This document shows, piece by piece, positions 18,301 through 31,863 of a DNA stretch of 64,000 nt. The notes beneath the pieces were generated by a model that was given only the letters and a program-made list of their open reading frames with translations, ran no database searches and had not been told where the DNA came from. Every line of letters begins with the position of its first letter. Within the stretch, counting starts at the first letter, position 1. The DNA is from Yuukianura sp. NJ FZ-2021. Its lineage: Eukaryota. The stretch covers positions 5,580,001 through 5,644,000 of the forward strand of contig CM102284.1 of assembly GCA_046563655.1 (NCBI GenBank), given 5' to 3'. Both the position numbers and the translations under genes were made by a program.

Positions 18301-21194
18301 TCAGCTAACCCTGACGGATTTGTTGTATTTAGGAAATTCTATGTTTGCTAACATTCACTTCAATTAATTTGGCGCATTGCGTTTTAAAATTTTGGGATTT
18401 CGAGCTTCAGCAGAGAGTGAGGAGTTCCGGAAGTGATAAATATTGTGACAGAGAGGCAGTTTTCGGTTTCCTGTTACTGCATATGCAGAGAAGAGACTAA
18501 CGAATAACATTTGAAGTTGGCAGCGATGTATCAAGCGATAGAAGGATCGCTCCTACTTTTGAATCTACCACCAAAGATAAAGTAACGTTCCATTGCAGAA
18601 GTAGGGAGCTTAGCTTATCCTCTCTGCATCTCTCCATGTCTTTCTGATCGGGTAATTTGAGTCAGTGGTTCTCACCGAATTCATGAGACTCCATAACTCT
18701 CGGGTTACTTTAATAGGACCGTAAATGCCCGGGAGTTAGCCTCCAGTTTCCAGCAGCAGCATAAAATGTGAGACGTCAATTGGAAAGTGCTTCTTTTAGC
18801 AGAAACTAAATATGGCTCTACCGTCAGATAAGCATCCACGGGCCTAACGTTAGTGTTTGATAGTGGAGACATGAAGGGGATCACCATTCGGAGTGGAGGG
18901 CTATTGGAGAAGCCACAACCTAACTTAACATTCTGCTTAAGTTAAGGTTAGGCTATGCTTTCAGCTTCAAGGTAGATGGAAAGTGAAACTAAAAAAGATA
19001 CATGGGCACCCTGAGATTTACAAATGGAAAGCCTATGTCAATTTAATTTATGGTAACAACCCTGCTGCTGTGCCACACAATTGCTGTTTCTCCAAAAATA
19101 AAAAAAAATGAAGACAAACATGTGCCAGCTTTCAAAAAAATAACTTTCTACTTCTTCTTTTCTTTTTTAAATTTTTGATTTTTTGTTTAAATTTTGAGCA
19201 AGAAAGCTCAGAAGGAGAAAGCTTTCATTATAAAATTCTTTCTAGGAAAAAGTAAGGCTTGTGTTCTAAAATTATTTTTTAGCGAAAGAGAAAGTTTAGG
19301 CTATTTTTTTGAAAAAGGAGAAAGCAAGGAAGCATGGGAAATTGTAATTGGAAGGAATTAGAGAAATAAAAGGAAACTTTTTGGGGAGTTCAAGAGTTCA
19401 AAAGGAGAAAAGCATAAGCTTCTCAAGGCGACGCTGTTTCAGTAATAAGGACCACATCAAAGTGGTGTGACAAAGAAGAAAGGAAATGAACGTTACCAAT
19501 GCTGCTGCTAAATTCGATGCTTCTTTTTTCAACTTAGGAGAGAAAGCAGCTAGCACTAGCTAGAAACAGAGCAAGTCTCGTAGAAGATTTCATTCAAAGA
19601 CAACGAAACGGAACTTGCTCAGCCTCAACAACTCGTCCGCTCTCCTCTTAGAGCATTTGGAGCTTTTCTCGGAAGAATGAAATGCCTGACTTAGTTTTTC
19701 ATTTCATTAGCCGAGATTGCATTAGCCACCCTCTTCAAGGAACTTCCTGCTCCACCTCCTTCCACACTAGAGTCGTTTTCGCGTTTACTTTCACTTGGAA
19801 TTCCAACTTTAACAAAAGTGAGAACAGACAGCGAGCGGAAATCAAGAACCGACTTTCACTTTTGGTCCAGAAGACGCTTTCACTAGCACCTTTGTGTTCT
19901 CTGGAGTCATGGAAGTGTAAGATTCCAATTAGAAGGAAAATGTAGCAAGAATTTCTATTAAGAAAATACAGAATTTGGAGATTCTTACCTGTTCGACCTT
20001 TGACCTGCGCCGAGGAGGGGAGATTCACTTTCTCTGATTGGTTCAAATCTCCTTCAATGGCATCATTTTACTTTTAGAAATTATGCAGAGGGATTAAGAT
20101 TCTGTTTGTAGAAGAGTGAAAGTGTTCTTCTTGTCTAACAAAGTCTAAGTCGCTAATACGATTATGCGATCTCTGGAGAAAGCACAAACTTAGAAACTGA
20201 GAAAGAGAGTTTTAGAGTTTGTGAGTTTAGTGTGTCTAATGAGATCAAACACGCCGAGAGACTCTTTATGATGACTCCAAAAATTAAATGGGCCAAACAA
20301 ATTCAAAAACTTCAAAGGTTTTGAAAACGTGTTTTTATCTGAAATTTTCCTTGTTTTGAAATTGCAGTTTTATTCTAAAGCAAGTTATTTTTTTAAAGTT
20401 ACGTTTCAAGAGTACATAGTTTGAACACCGAAAATAATAATTTTGCAAAAAGGACTCGTGTTTGGATTCGGAAGAGAAAGTTTAGGAGTAGCTTTCGCTA
20501 GAAATCAAAAATAAAGTAAAATTTGAGCTGTTCTATTTTGAAATTACATTTAAAATAATTTTTATTGAGCTACAATTTGGATTTATAAAGTTGAGGTGCT
20601 TAATTACTAATTAATTCTGCTAAGGTTAATTATTGATGACATTTTTTCTTGTTAATCGAAAGCCTGATATGTCTCTACTCAAAAATTGTGAGTTTTAGTA
20701 TACTTTTGTTTCTGGTTGTTGCAGGGTTATCACTAAAATTTCTACTTTTTCAGTTTTTCAAAAAACTTCAAAATTTTGGGAAATTTGGCTCCTCCTAACT
20801 CTTCCTGCTGTCTGGTATCACAGATGATGTTAAGGGTCAAGGGTCAACTTCTGTACAAAAGAAAAGGGAGTTAAATTGTGGTTCTTTTTGGAAAACAAAG
20901 AGGTCAAGGGACCCTTATTAACAATTTTTCCTAGTTTAGGTTATGTACCCTTAACGAAACTTCAAAACATTCCGATTTTTAGTAAAGTATCATCGACTTA
21001 GAGTGTAAAGTAAAGTACCCTGTGGTCATAAATGTCAGTCACACAGTGCTGTTGATATAAATCCTGGTAAATAACAATTCTAAAATGATTATGTGTTGGG
21101 GTCACGCCAGTGCACAACCAATCCCTTCGTCTTCGATGAACTTCTGGCCTCCTCCAGATCGGAGGGGACTTCAAATAGTAAGGTTAGGGAGTAC

Positions 21195-24100
21195 TTAAGT
21201 CCCCCAGGGACAAAATAGCCTTCCAAACAGCACCAAGATGACAAGTTGATATGAGGTGGATGATAAGTTCTGGAACTGGGCAGAACTGCCACTCAGATCA
21301 TTGCATCGACCTGTTGGAACAAACGCCCAAAACTGTCAAGATTTCGCCCAAACTGAAACTTCTTGAACTTTTGGGAAACTACTGGTTAGGTTTTCCTTGT
21401 TTTGCCTAACTTTAAGCTTTATAAAGGCCCACTTACCGTGTTCAGTGACATTGAAGGCTATGGAGCCCTCAATCCCTGGAGCAATGTTGCGACGACAGGA
21501 GTCAGCGACTGTGGAAAAGAGGAGGAGCCTTCCAGATCCTTGTGGCAGTGTATCACTGGAGTCCAGTCCAGTACTGCTGCTGGACTCGGAGAATCGGTAC
21601 ATTGTGGAAGTGGATTTGAGACGCTGCTGAAATCTGGCGTCAGTACTTTCACGGAAAATGAAACAGTAGCGTCTTGCGGCAGTTGAAGCTCGAGACAACG
21701 GTGTGGCTATCAAGTAACTCACACCCATTTCTTCCCATGTTCCATGACATGCATAATCTGAAATTTTGAAAAACCAAAAACGAAATTTAAAAAAAATCAA
21801 AAAAAAAATCTCAGGAAACTCTGGATTTCGAACACACGGAGAGCGTGATGGACTTAACCAGTGCAACTGTAGATTTAGACTGCTTTTTTAAACAATTGTT
21901 TTGGAAATTCATACCATGACTATGAAAGTGTTCTAAAATCGTGTAAACTTGAAAAAAAAAATTAATTTAAAAATTTTTAACGCTCACCCGAAGATAGGTC
22001 GGTGCTGTGGCACTCTGATCGGATTTGGAGCGTATCGAGTGAACTGCATCCAACGTTAAGCGAGTCGTATCCAGGCAGGGAGCACTTCGTTTGCAGTTGT
22101 CTCCCTTCCCTAATGAATCCCGTTACTTGAAACCTTCCTACGTTTGGACACTGCCTTGTTTCTGGAGTTGAAGCTTTAAAAAAAAGTAAAGGTCAAAGGT
22201 CGCAACTCACTTGAACTAATACTAATTGTTTCTAAAAATGCCACTTACAGACTAGGGTAATGTAGGGAAGCTCTGTTTGATTAAAGTAGTGGTGGTGACA
22301 GGCATCATCTGCCTTCCGGGCCGTATTTCCTGATTAATGTGTTTCCAAAACCCACAAATTTTAAATCCTGGACTGAAAATTTTACTGTTGACCCCGGTGG
22401 TCAAACTTACCTAATTGAATTTCCACTATGTGGCCTTCTCTTCTGTAAATGGCTGAGCATATGTAGCCACTATTGCTAAAAATTGGAAGAAAAAAAACTT
22501 TGAGGTCAATAGCTACGAAGAGGTCAACCAAAGTAAGAAGTCATTGACCTTTGACCTTACCAGTCTGCCGTGGAGTGCAGAATTAACATGACCTTTGACA
22601 GCGTAGGATTCTCTAAAATTTGTGAGCAGGTTGCTGTCATTGTCAATGAATTGGGTCCAACACCACTCAGATCGCTGGCATTGAAAACCCGAAGACCCGA
22701 AGCGCTGTCAAAAACAAAAGTGGATCTTTGGTCCAGTGTGTGCCACTCTGTGTGATGCTGCAACCACGACGGGAACTGACATGGTTTCGGACTGGGGTCT
22801 GAAAGTAGAAATTTTGAAAAAGAGAGTAAATTTTTGGAAAAAGTCTTGTTTTTAGAAAGAACTTACTTTTACGGAGTGTCATCATGCGTGAAAATTCCGT
22901 GAGACTTAGCCCATTGCAGGTTGCATCACCAGACTGAGCGAGTCGAAATATTGCATTCTCCGTTCCATTTGCACTCAAAATTGGAACGTACTTTTTATTT
23001 GTCTTTTCGTAAACGAAGCAACGAAATCTTTCCTCAAAAGACGCTGGATGATTGTATTTGATCAGTCCCAGCAAGTATTTGGAAGAACCTTCTCGCCAAG
23101 TGGCAAGACATTGAAGTTCTTCAGCTAAACAAAAGGTCACAAGAGGTCAAATTACAACTTTTGTAAAAGCAAATTGTCAAATACTTCGAAATTTCAAAAA
23201 TTAGCAATGGGTTGTACATTTGCTTTCACTTCCAGGTAAGTCTGGGCATGCTTGGAAGTTGAGTTGGACGCGGGAGGACTGGATGCATGGCTCAACAGTG
23301 GATGCTGGATATCGACAATCTTTGTGCCCTCGGTTGTATGTGAAGGTGTACGGGCCCTTGAAGGGACATTCGATAGGCACTGCATCGAGTCTGAATTTAA
23401 AAATGAAAAAAACTACAAAATTTCCTGACAAAAAGTGAAATTTTTGTGGCAATTTAGCGTTACCTGAACATGGCATGAAGATTTGCATCGCCGCTGATTG
23501 TTGAGCAAAAGTCCTTTATAGAGCGTCGCTCAGAAACACAGAAAGCTACAAAAGAAAATTATTTTGGAATTTCTGTGTTTTAAGTTTTAGAATTTCAATT
23601 TTTGTAAATTTTCAACACGAATCTGAACTTTGTACAAAATAGTTTCAGTTTCTTACTTTCTTTGTACTGAAGAACATTGAAATGCTTCTCATGAAAAACA
23701 AGGCATCTGTAGCAATACTCTCTCCTGAAATTTAGAAAGTGATTTTCAACTTTTTTTTGTTCCAAAAGCATTTTCAATATGTTAAACAGACGATTTGGAA
23801 AGGTTAAACACTCAAATTCGATGAAAAGGAGAAATTAGACTTCATTGGTATTCACGCAACGTCTTTCTCTGCTTTCTTTTTACTCAACTGCTTGTTTCAA
23901 ATTTAAAATCAAAGTCAAACACTCCACTTTCTCCCGCTTTCTACCTTTTAGTCCTAAAACAAGAAAAACCAATATGTGCTTTAGTTAATGATGATGGTTT
24001 AGGGAAATTCAGGGAACAGGAAGAGAGACAATGGAAGTGAAAACAAAAGACTTGACAGACAATAGACCTCGTCCCAAATGAACTCCCTTCCATCACTCTC

Positions 24101-27100
24101 TACTTCAAAATTGAAAAACTAAAGGAAAAAAGTTGTGCTAAGGGCTCCCCCTTCCCCTCTCCTGATTTCCATAACTAACTACTTATTAAGGCTCCTCTCA
24201 CCGGAACACATTACGAATTTCAATTAGTTTGGAGCTGTAGACAAGGAAGAAAGTCGTTGGCAGAGAAAGTTCTAGTTCTGCTGGATCTCATTTTTCATAC
24301 AGGATGGGCCTTTAATCTCCTTACCCTCTTTCTTTTCCTCTCACTATTGTCATAAGAAACTCATGTGAGAGTTTCTCTTTCTTTCACTTGGGTAAGGAGA
24401 TTAAAGGCCCATCCTGTACTTTCTTGCGCCTAGACAGTGTAGTCTTATCGCCCTTTTCCATTTCCACTACTTCAAAGTCAAAATTTTCAAAACTTGGAGA
24501 AGTGAAAGATGTTTCAATTCGTTTTTGGAGGAAGTGAAGCTGAAGAGACTGATAAATAATTTTAATGGAGGGGAGTAACTATTGTATACTATAGAAATCA
24601 CTCTGTTTTAAAATTTTGAGTTCAGGATCAGTCTGTTGTGATGTGTTTTTCGTTCCAATATCATTCTGTTACGAAGTAATTTTGTTCGAATCTCCTTCTC
24701 TTCCGAAATAGTTTGACTCAAAATGGCACTTGTTGTAAAAATGAGAAAGTGAAATTTCTTGGATTTATAAACTTTCTATTTTTTGGTGTGTTGAGAAATT
24801 GAGTTAAGGGAACAAAGGTAGTGCAAGAGGTACTTGAGGAACAGAATTAAATTGAACTTACTCGTTGAAAATGAGATACTTTTCTCCATCTGCTTCCAGA
24901 CAGCGGCCTTTCGTATTGATCGTAGACCGAGTGATGGAAATTGCTGTATCCGAACCACCTCCAGACTGAAACCAGTTCCCCTCCCACTTCCCTGGAAATT
25001 TGCAACCTTCAGCTCCTGAAACAGAAAATATAAAACGTTAACTTTTTAAAGCTCATATTCTTGCACAGTTCGATTCTGAGCTTGTTTAAAGTGAGAACCA
25101 GTAACGTGGGAATTCGCGCTCAAAACTCAATACTAATTAAACGTAACAAAAAACCGAAACTTTTTGAGAAAAAAAATTCAAAGAAAAAGAGAAAGTTACG
25201 TTTTCTATGTTATTTATGTTTTAGGCTAAAGGTAACATTAGGAATCCTAAAAAATTCATTAAAAATTTAAAATTCCGTTTTTTCAAGAACAAAATTTGAA
25301 GAAAGACGTTTGCCTTTGACAATTTATGATACAGAGATTTCCGAGTGCGTAACGAGATGGAAAAAAGGAGTCAATTCCTATTCAGCCCACAGTGCATCTC
25401 TCCCCTTTTTTGAAAAAAATGGCACTTTCGGTTCCTTAATCCCCGAGATTCAAAAAAGTGCAATAATATTACCCATTCCTCACACCCACCACCACCTTTC
25501 CAACACTACTTTTACGCTTACCAAATCGCTGCTTTACGCTTACGCTAAACCTGAAAAGCTTAAGAAGCCAACCCACCCCTTCCCTCCCCCAACGCTGCAA
25601 GGGTTCTGCATTTCGAGGTTTATGTCTTTTCTTCTCCAGCTCTTCCTGCTCATATCCGTTTTTATTAGAATTATTTCTTTCTTTTTTAAATTCTCTTCCA
25701 GTTGAAGCGTTTTCATTTTTTCTCCAGCCAACAAACGCTCTCCAGCACTTGTCTTCTGTAAAGTCCTGGAGACTTGGAGTTTTGTCATAAGCGGAGGAGG
25801 GGGAATCTAGTCTACATTTTCTCCAGCAATCCAGAAGCCAGCATAACCTTCATGTGTCTCCATCCTGCTTCTGCTGGCTGCTGCGGTTAAGTTATTACTT
25901 TCTAGAAAAGATTTACACGTTTTCTCCCCCTTCCTCTTCTGCAGCTCCCCAACTGTCAAAACTTTCACGGGAACTTGGAGGGGAGGAACATAAGCGCCAG
26001 AAAATTTCAAAAAATGTCTCAATTTCAAAAATTTCAGCAAGTAAACCACAAATTTCGAAATTTCAAATTCTTAACGATTTTTGAATACAAACTCTCATGT
26101 TTCATACTAAAACCGACCAAATCATGAATCCGATTATTTGCATGATCTGAACTATCCTACACACACGTAATTTATATTGAGGATTAGGAGAAAATATGAC
26201 TGCGTTTCTTCGTTAGCCAATGCTACTCGGTTGAACTTAAGTTAGACAATTTAGGGTAGGTTGGTTAGACTACACTACAATGTTGAAATTGTATTATTTG
26301 GTTTATTATTTTTATTATATTTTTAATTTAATTTATTTTTTTCAAAACCGGATCACGGTGTAGAGTCAATGTTGGATCGGAAGAGAAAAGAACTTTCCCC
26401 CTTTGCGTCCCTACCCACCTCTTCATGTCAAATGAAATGACTTAGAAAATTGGTCTGTAGAAAAAGAAAATAGGAAAACGTGCGTTTTCGGATGAGGCTC
26501 AACGCTCAATTCCCACTTCGATCCATTCAGTTACTATCCACACACACAACGCACACGCTTTCTACCAAAACCTTCCCGTAGTCCACAAATTATTTTTTGA
26601 AAGGAAAAGAAAAACAGTGAAACTCGGAAAATGCTTTTGCCGCACTGGAACTTTCCCTTGGTATCAAAAAACCTAACCTAACAATTGGCCTGTCGCTTTT
26701 CCTCTGCACGCTTCTCCCCAAAACTAATGAAAATACCCACACTTTCACTCTTTCTGTCCAAACCCGAACAGGCAGGAAAAGAAAAAAAGGAAGCCAATTT
26801 TTTAACAGAAAAATTTCCGTTCCTTACTATTATCAAACTAGTGAGTCTTGTACCATGAAAATTTCCGGTTATTTCAAAATTTCAGTGCAAGTAGAGGTTA
26901 TTTTTGGCAGGGAACGGATAGAACTGGGCGGGTGTTTCCAAATAATCATGAATTATTTACAATTCATGGCTCATTTTTTGGCCACAAGCCCAAAAAATAA
27001 TTTCCAGTTTACAGAAAATGAATGAGCATGGAGAGAGGGAGACTCTGGAGATAATGAAGGAAGAAAAAGTGAAAGTGCGGGAAGGAAAACTCCAATTTTA

Positions 27101-30100
27101 TGAACTGGAAGCACGGGAGTCACATGCGGCACGAAACAATTTCACCGTCCGCTGGAGAAAGTCCACTTTCACCAATATTTGAGCAATACAAAACCTACAA
27201 AAAATATAAGCAGAAGGAAGGAGAGTTAAAGGCAAAGGAAATGAATTATGAGGCGCATCTTCTTTTTTTCTAAGAAAAGAACATGGAAGTTAGTGGTAAG
27301 CGGAAGTGGGAAATAAATAGAAAGAGAAGATAGTAAAAATCTCAGAAAGGACCGTTACAGCTGAGGAGCTCAGCAGGACGTTCAATGTGGGCCATTGAAT
27401 TTTTTTTCTACAAGAGAAAGTACTATAGAAAAGAGATTTTCCATGTAACTAGCGGTTTTTTGGAGAAAAAAATTAGGAGAAAGCAGTGCACCAAGCCTTT
27501 TCCCAAGTTGTTCCAAATAAGTTACGACTGACGCTACAAGATTTATTAGTGACTTGTAACAACCAATATCAAATCCAATCCGAAACATAGCATTACCAAA
27601 ATCTGCTCAAACCAGTTTCTTTTGCTTTGTTAGGTTAGGTTAAACTTAACCTAATCATAAAAATAGCTGGGAAATATCTAATTTCACAGCTCACGCAAAC
27701 CGTAGTGCTTTGGAATAATTTTTTGGGGGTTTACGGTAGACCAGACGGATATTCTAGCGAAAAGTTTTGCGCGTTTCTTTAATATAAGAAGCGCAAGATG
27801 AAGGCAGCGTGTGCGTGAAAATGGAAGAAAGACGTTATTAAAAAATAAAGGAGGAGAAAGCGTGTTGGAATTTTGGTTCATTTTTTTCCGTCGTAAGAAG
27901 AAAACGGCGAGGCTTAGTGACAGTGGAGTGACACTTTGAGGCTCTCATTAAACCAGGGGCGGAAAACTGGCCAACCTCCTTCGTGTCACCGCCAACAAAA
28001 AAGAAAGGAGCCTCTGCTTTCTTCTGACATCTCAATCCACTTTTTCAAAAAAAAATCTACTTTGCTAAAAAACTACTTTCTCTTTTCTCCTTTCACTGAA
28101 TTTTCTTTAGTCAAAGGGAAGCCAGCAGTAGCCACTTCTTGAACTCTGGGAATATGTTGACAGTGCAGAAAAATGGCAATTCATCCTCTGTCTCTGAAGA
28201 ACATGAATATTCATTCTTCACTTTCTTGTCTTCACTTGGAACATCCAAATTTTCTTAGGCTTTTTCGTCCCTGGTCCGCCCAAGATAAAATTTTGAAACT
28301 GGGGCACTTTCAGTGAAGCTGAATTAAGAGAGAAAGCTGCTGCTACGAGAACTTTGTTGGTCCTAGAATTATGTTTGGCTGTAGAATTTTGGTTTTGCAT
28401 TCAGGAAAAAAAGATGATGATGCTTGTGGTTTTTTGGTTAAGGTGAGTGAAAGTATAAGGAACAAGGAAGAAGGGAAAAGTTAACTTCAAAAAAGCTAGG
28501 GAGGGAATGAATTATGCGTACGTACAAGACTAGTTGTTCAAAATTATTTATGAAATTTTTTCTCCCAACTTTCTCTAGACTACTACTTTCAATTTTTCAA
28601 ATTTGCGTTTCCCTCCTCTACCTTTTCCTTTGAAAATTTAACTTCTAATTCAAGAATCGATTGATTCATAATTGCATAAAATCGTATTTGGCAGATACAG
28701 TGTGGGTACGGTCCTTAACCTCTTTCTTTTCCTCTTCTCATTTAAAACTAATGTGAGAGTTTTCTTTCACTTGGGCAAGGACTTTGCATGCCCAATCTGT
28801 ACCATGATCTCCTTTTTCAAAATTAAATTTAGCACTGCGAATTCTTTAACTATAAGAAGCATACTTTTGAAGTTTTTTTTTTTTTGAAATGTTGAATTCT
28901 GTTCCAATTGTCATTTTGGAGGTCACTATAACTTTGTCCTTGAAGAAATATAGATTGTGGCTTTTCGTTTTTTATAGACTTGAAATCATCTTTTCCAAAG
29001 TCACGGAACCCTCATCTTTTCCTCTGTCCAGTCTTGATTTACTCTTCAGTTTTTGTCTGATGGAGCTGGAAGTAGCGCTGGACCTGGAAAAGGACTGGAG
29101 CGGCTGGAGCTACCACTGGAACTGATAGGATAAAGGTTCTGGAAGGCTTGTAATAAAATAAACTGAGACACAGAGGTAGTTCACTAGTAGCCATGGTCCA
29201 GTGTAGAAAAGCAGCCTAACCTTACCTAACTTTCCAAAAAGCTGAAAAGCCTCCAGCTCCTTTCTCCTGGGAATAATCGCTCAAGTGAAGAAAAATCGAC
29301 TTATCCAAACCCACTCTCCCTCGTAGCTCCTGTTTGAACACGAGCCAGAAAAAAGCAAAACCAAAAAGAAGACACACACACATACGCACACTAAAACATT
29401 GACTTTTTTTCAGAAAAGGAAACGTATATACCCTATGACCTCCGAATGTGACCTCTACTAAAAGAAATCCATGCGCTTTCACTTTTCGAAAACTCATTTT
29501 ACGAAGTTAGGAAAAGGAAACTGAACCGAGAATTTGGCAGAAAAACAAACGCCAAACTTTTTGTACAAGATCAGCCACAATTCTTGATTTGGGTGAAAGT
29601 TAACTTCTACTTTTGAAAAGAAAAATGTTTTTCAAAAAAATTGAAACCTAAGTTTTGGAAAACTTATTCCGCAGTGAGTCTGTAGAAGTTAGTAAAAAGG
29701 GGATTGTTTTAAGCCCATTAGTCTTGTTTCGTTGTTTTCTTGTTTCGGCTGTCTAACTTTAGTATTTATGAGTCAAAACAAGTTAGAACAAAATTAGAAG
29801 AAGTTGGAGCTTCAGTTGTTGTTTGACTCTTTGCAATAATAGGTTTTGTTAGGCTGGTTAGCTTCTGATCTTGGCTAGGTTTACCACATGGAGAGAAATA
29901 AAGGAAGATTATAAGTTTTTGGAAGCTAGAGTACGAGGCTTGCAAAACCGCAGAAGCATAATAACAATTTCATATGGACCGGTTTCAAAGCTTAAAGCTT
30001 ACAATTTTACTAGATTTCAAGTAGTTTGTAGTTACCGTTCTAAATTGGATTCTTAACCACATAGACATGAAAGTGAGAACATACGAGAGAAAGTTTTAGT

Positions 30101-31639
30101 GTTTTAAACTAACAAAACCTAGTAGATGTAGCATCTAAAACCTTGTGAGAGGAGCCTCAAACCCTAACTCTAATTTGAATTCAGTTTACGAGGTGCCAGA
30201 AAGCGTAACTTTCTGTTAGAGCAAGAGAAAGTGGAATAATTGAGGCGGGAAAGTTTGGAATTGAAATTCCCTGGGAAATATACCTGGGACTGGTCAAGGA
30301 ATGCTTGAGTGGCTCCTCGGACCAAAGAAAGCCCGCCAAAACTTTTCTATTTGAAAATGGTGAAAGTTCTTTTGCCGTAGTTTCCTTTAGCTAAAAACTT
30401 TGGAATAAAAACTAGGCTCAGGAAGTCCCTTCCTGAGTTCGAGTTGTGACTCACTGATGACCGCCGCGGTATTCCGAGGATCGCGGAGACCCCACTTTTG
30501 GATCATGTTGTAAAAGTTCAAAATCCCTTGTGTCACATGACCTCAACTCTGGAACCCAGAATCACCATCCCATCCATACTAAGGAGCTAAGGTCACAAAG
30601 GTTGGGTAAGGCTACTCTCTGCGGAGTTCCAGAAAACGAGGTCATAAAATTCTGTCCACAACAAGCCCCGGTTCTGTCAAGATACGCGGCAAATTTCAAA
30701 ATGTCATCTACCTTCACCGGACAACTTTAATCCAACTTTCACCACCGGAATTTCAAAAAGAAACTAATGTAATGCAACTATAAAACCAAACTTATTTTTT
30801 CTATTGCTAGAAATTTTGATTTTCTAGGATTCTGTAAGCTTTAAGTGAATGTTGAATTTTGAAATCAAAAATGAAAAAAAAAACACCATTTTCTACTCCT
30901 TTTCTGTGATTTCCACGATGGTTATGACTCATGTGCTTTGTGTTTTTCTTCATTACTCGGAGAGCATTTGGACTTTCTCTGCTTTCAAAGTTCAAAAAAA
31001 GAGAAAAATATGCAATTCCTTTGTGTGCCAGAAATTTTGTCTTGGTTTGTCATTTTACACATGTCGAGCGTGACACACTCTGCATAACCTTATATGACTT
31101 TCTCCCAACCATTTTCATTTCCCCCGAATTACACTCGGGACACAAAGATTTTCGGTTGAATTCCGTGAGTGAGGTTCTGCATTCTAAAAAAAAACTTTTT
31201 TTTTGCAACATTTATTTTTCTCCAGCAAAAACCATTTTTCCTTTCCCCACTTTCTCTTATGATTTTTTTTGGACCGCCTGGGACGACACTACTTTCTCTT
31301 TTGCTTTTTTACATTTTTCAAAAAGCTTTTCTGCTTTTTGTTTTTTGTCTTTTCATGCCTTATTTCTCACACTTTGCAGTTGTCTACTCATACTCGAGAA
31401 GCCCGAAATTGGATGACTCCTGTGTGTTAGTTTACGTTGATCTTACCACGAGCCTCGGCGACAGCAGAGTTGTCGGGATGTGCTAGAGAGTGATGTGGGT
31501 CGCTGTACTGGTAGTGGAGCTCTGCGGGCGACGACGATTCGAAAGATGGTGGGAACTCTCTGTCATCCGTTGACACACACGAGATGAGCGTCAGGAACAG
31601 AGACAGTTGATGGATCCAAAAAATCCGAATCCCGGGCAT
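21195..31639 (-). CDS. Conserved Cys-rich secreted/GPI-anchored protein, DUF7042/7043/7044/7045-like (~644 aa, 12 coding exons)
   Basis: Exons 31639-31447, 25015-24862, 23724-23657, 23545-23464, 23390-23218, 23124-22867, 22798-22561, 22475-22411, 22329-22249, 22173-21988, 21757-21437, 21310-21195 (1935 nt, all phases consistent). Signal peptide MPGIRIFWIHQLSLFLTLISCVST; motifs CKFPGKWEGNWFQSG, NVLQYKET, CPFKGPYTFTYNRG, CLATWREGSSKYLLG, FRCFVYE, LAQSGDATCNGL, CHGTWEE..RRYCFIF; hydrophobic C-terminal tail. Family assignment is from motif recognition, not a search. Confidence 0.85.
24300..24416. mobile_element. MITE, Tc1/mariner type (117 bp, perfect 27-bp TIR, TA TSD), intronic
   Basis: TA|CAGGATGGGCCTTTAATCTCCTTACCC (24300-24326) ... 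GGGTAAGGAGATTAAAGGCCCATCCTG|TA (24390-24416). Confidence 0.9.
28698..28799. mobile_element. Diverged second copy of the 24300 MITE family
   Basis: TA|CAG...CTG|TA ends. Shares interior CTCTTTCTTTTCCTCT and ATGTGAGAGTTT..CTTTCACTTGGG(T/C)AAGGA with 24300-24416; TIRs are degenerate. Confidence 0.75.
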
Positions 31640-31811
31640 TATTTACACGTTGGATTTCCCGAGAAGAAACAGTAGTAAAGCCAACACGTCCAAATAGACG
31701 AGGAGCAGGAGATGATGTGAGTCGTGGAAATCATTGGGGAGTCATCTGGAAAATGGGAAAAAGAGAGGCCGATTACTAATAGAAACATAGAAACATACAA
31801 CATAGTACTAA

Positions 31812-31863
31812 TAGATACAACTTCTATAACATTAGACACGACATCTATAGCATTAGATACAAC
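31812..31863 (+). repeat. Degenerate 21-bp tandem repeat (~2.5 copies)
   Basis: TAGATACAACTTCTATAACAT / TAGACACGACATCTATAGCAT / TAGATACAAC. Confidence 0.6.

Noticed and set aside
12744-18701. Shared 13-14-mers (ACTCCATAACTCTC; AAGCCGAGGTTGA) between 12.7 kb and 17.7-18.7 kb
   Set aside because: Several matches of this length are expected by chance in 64 kb, and they do not extend.
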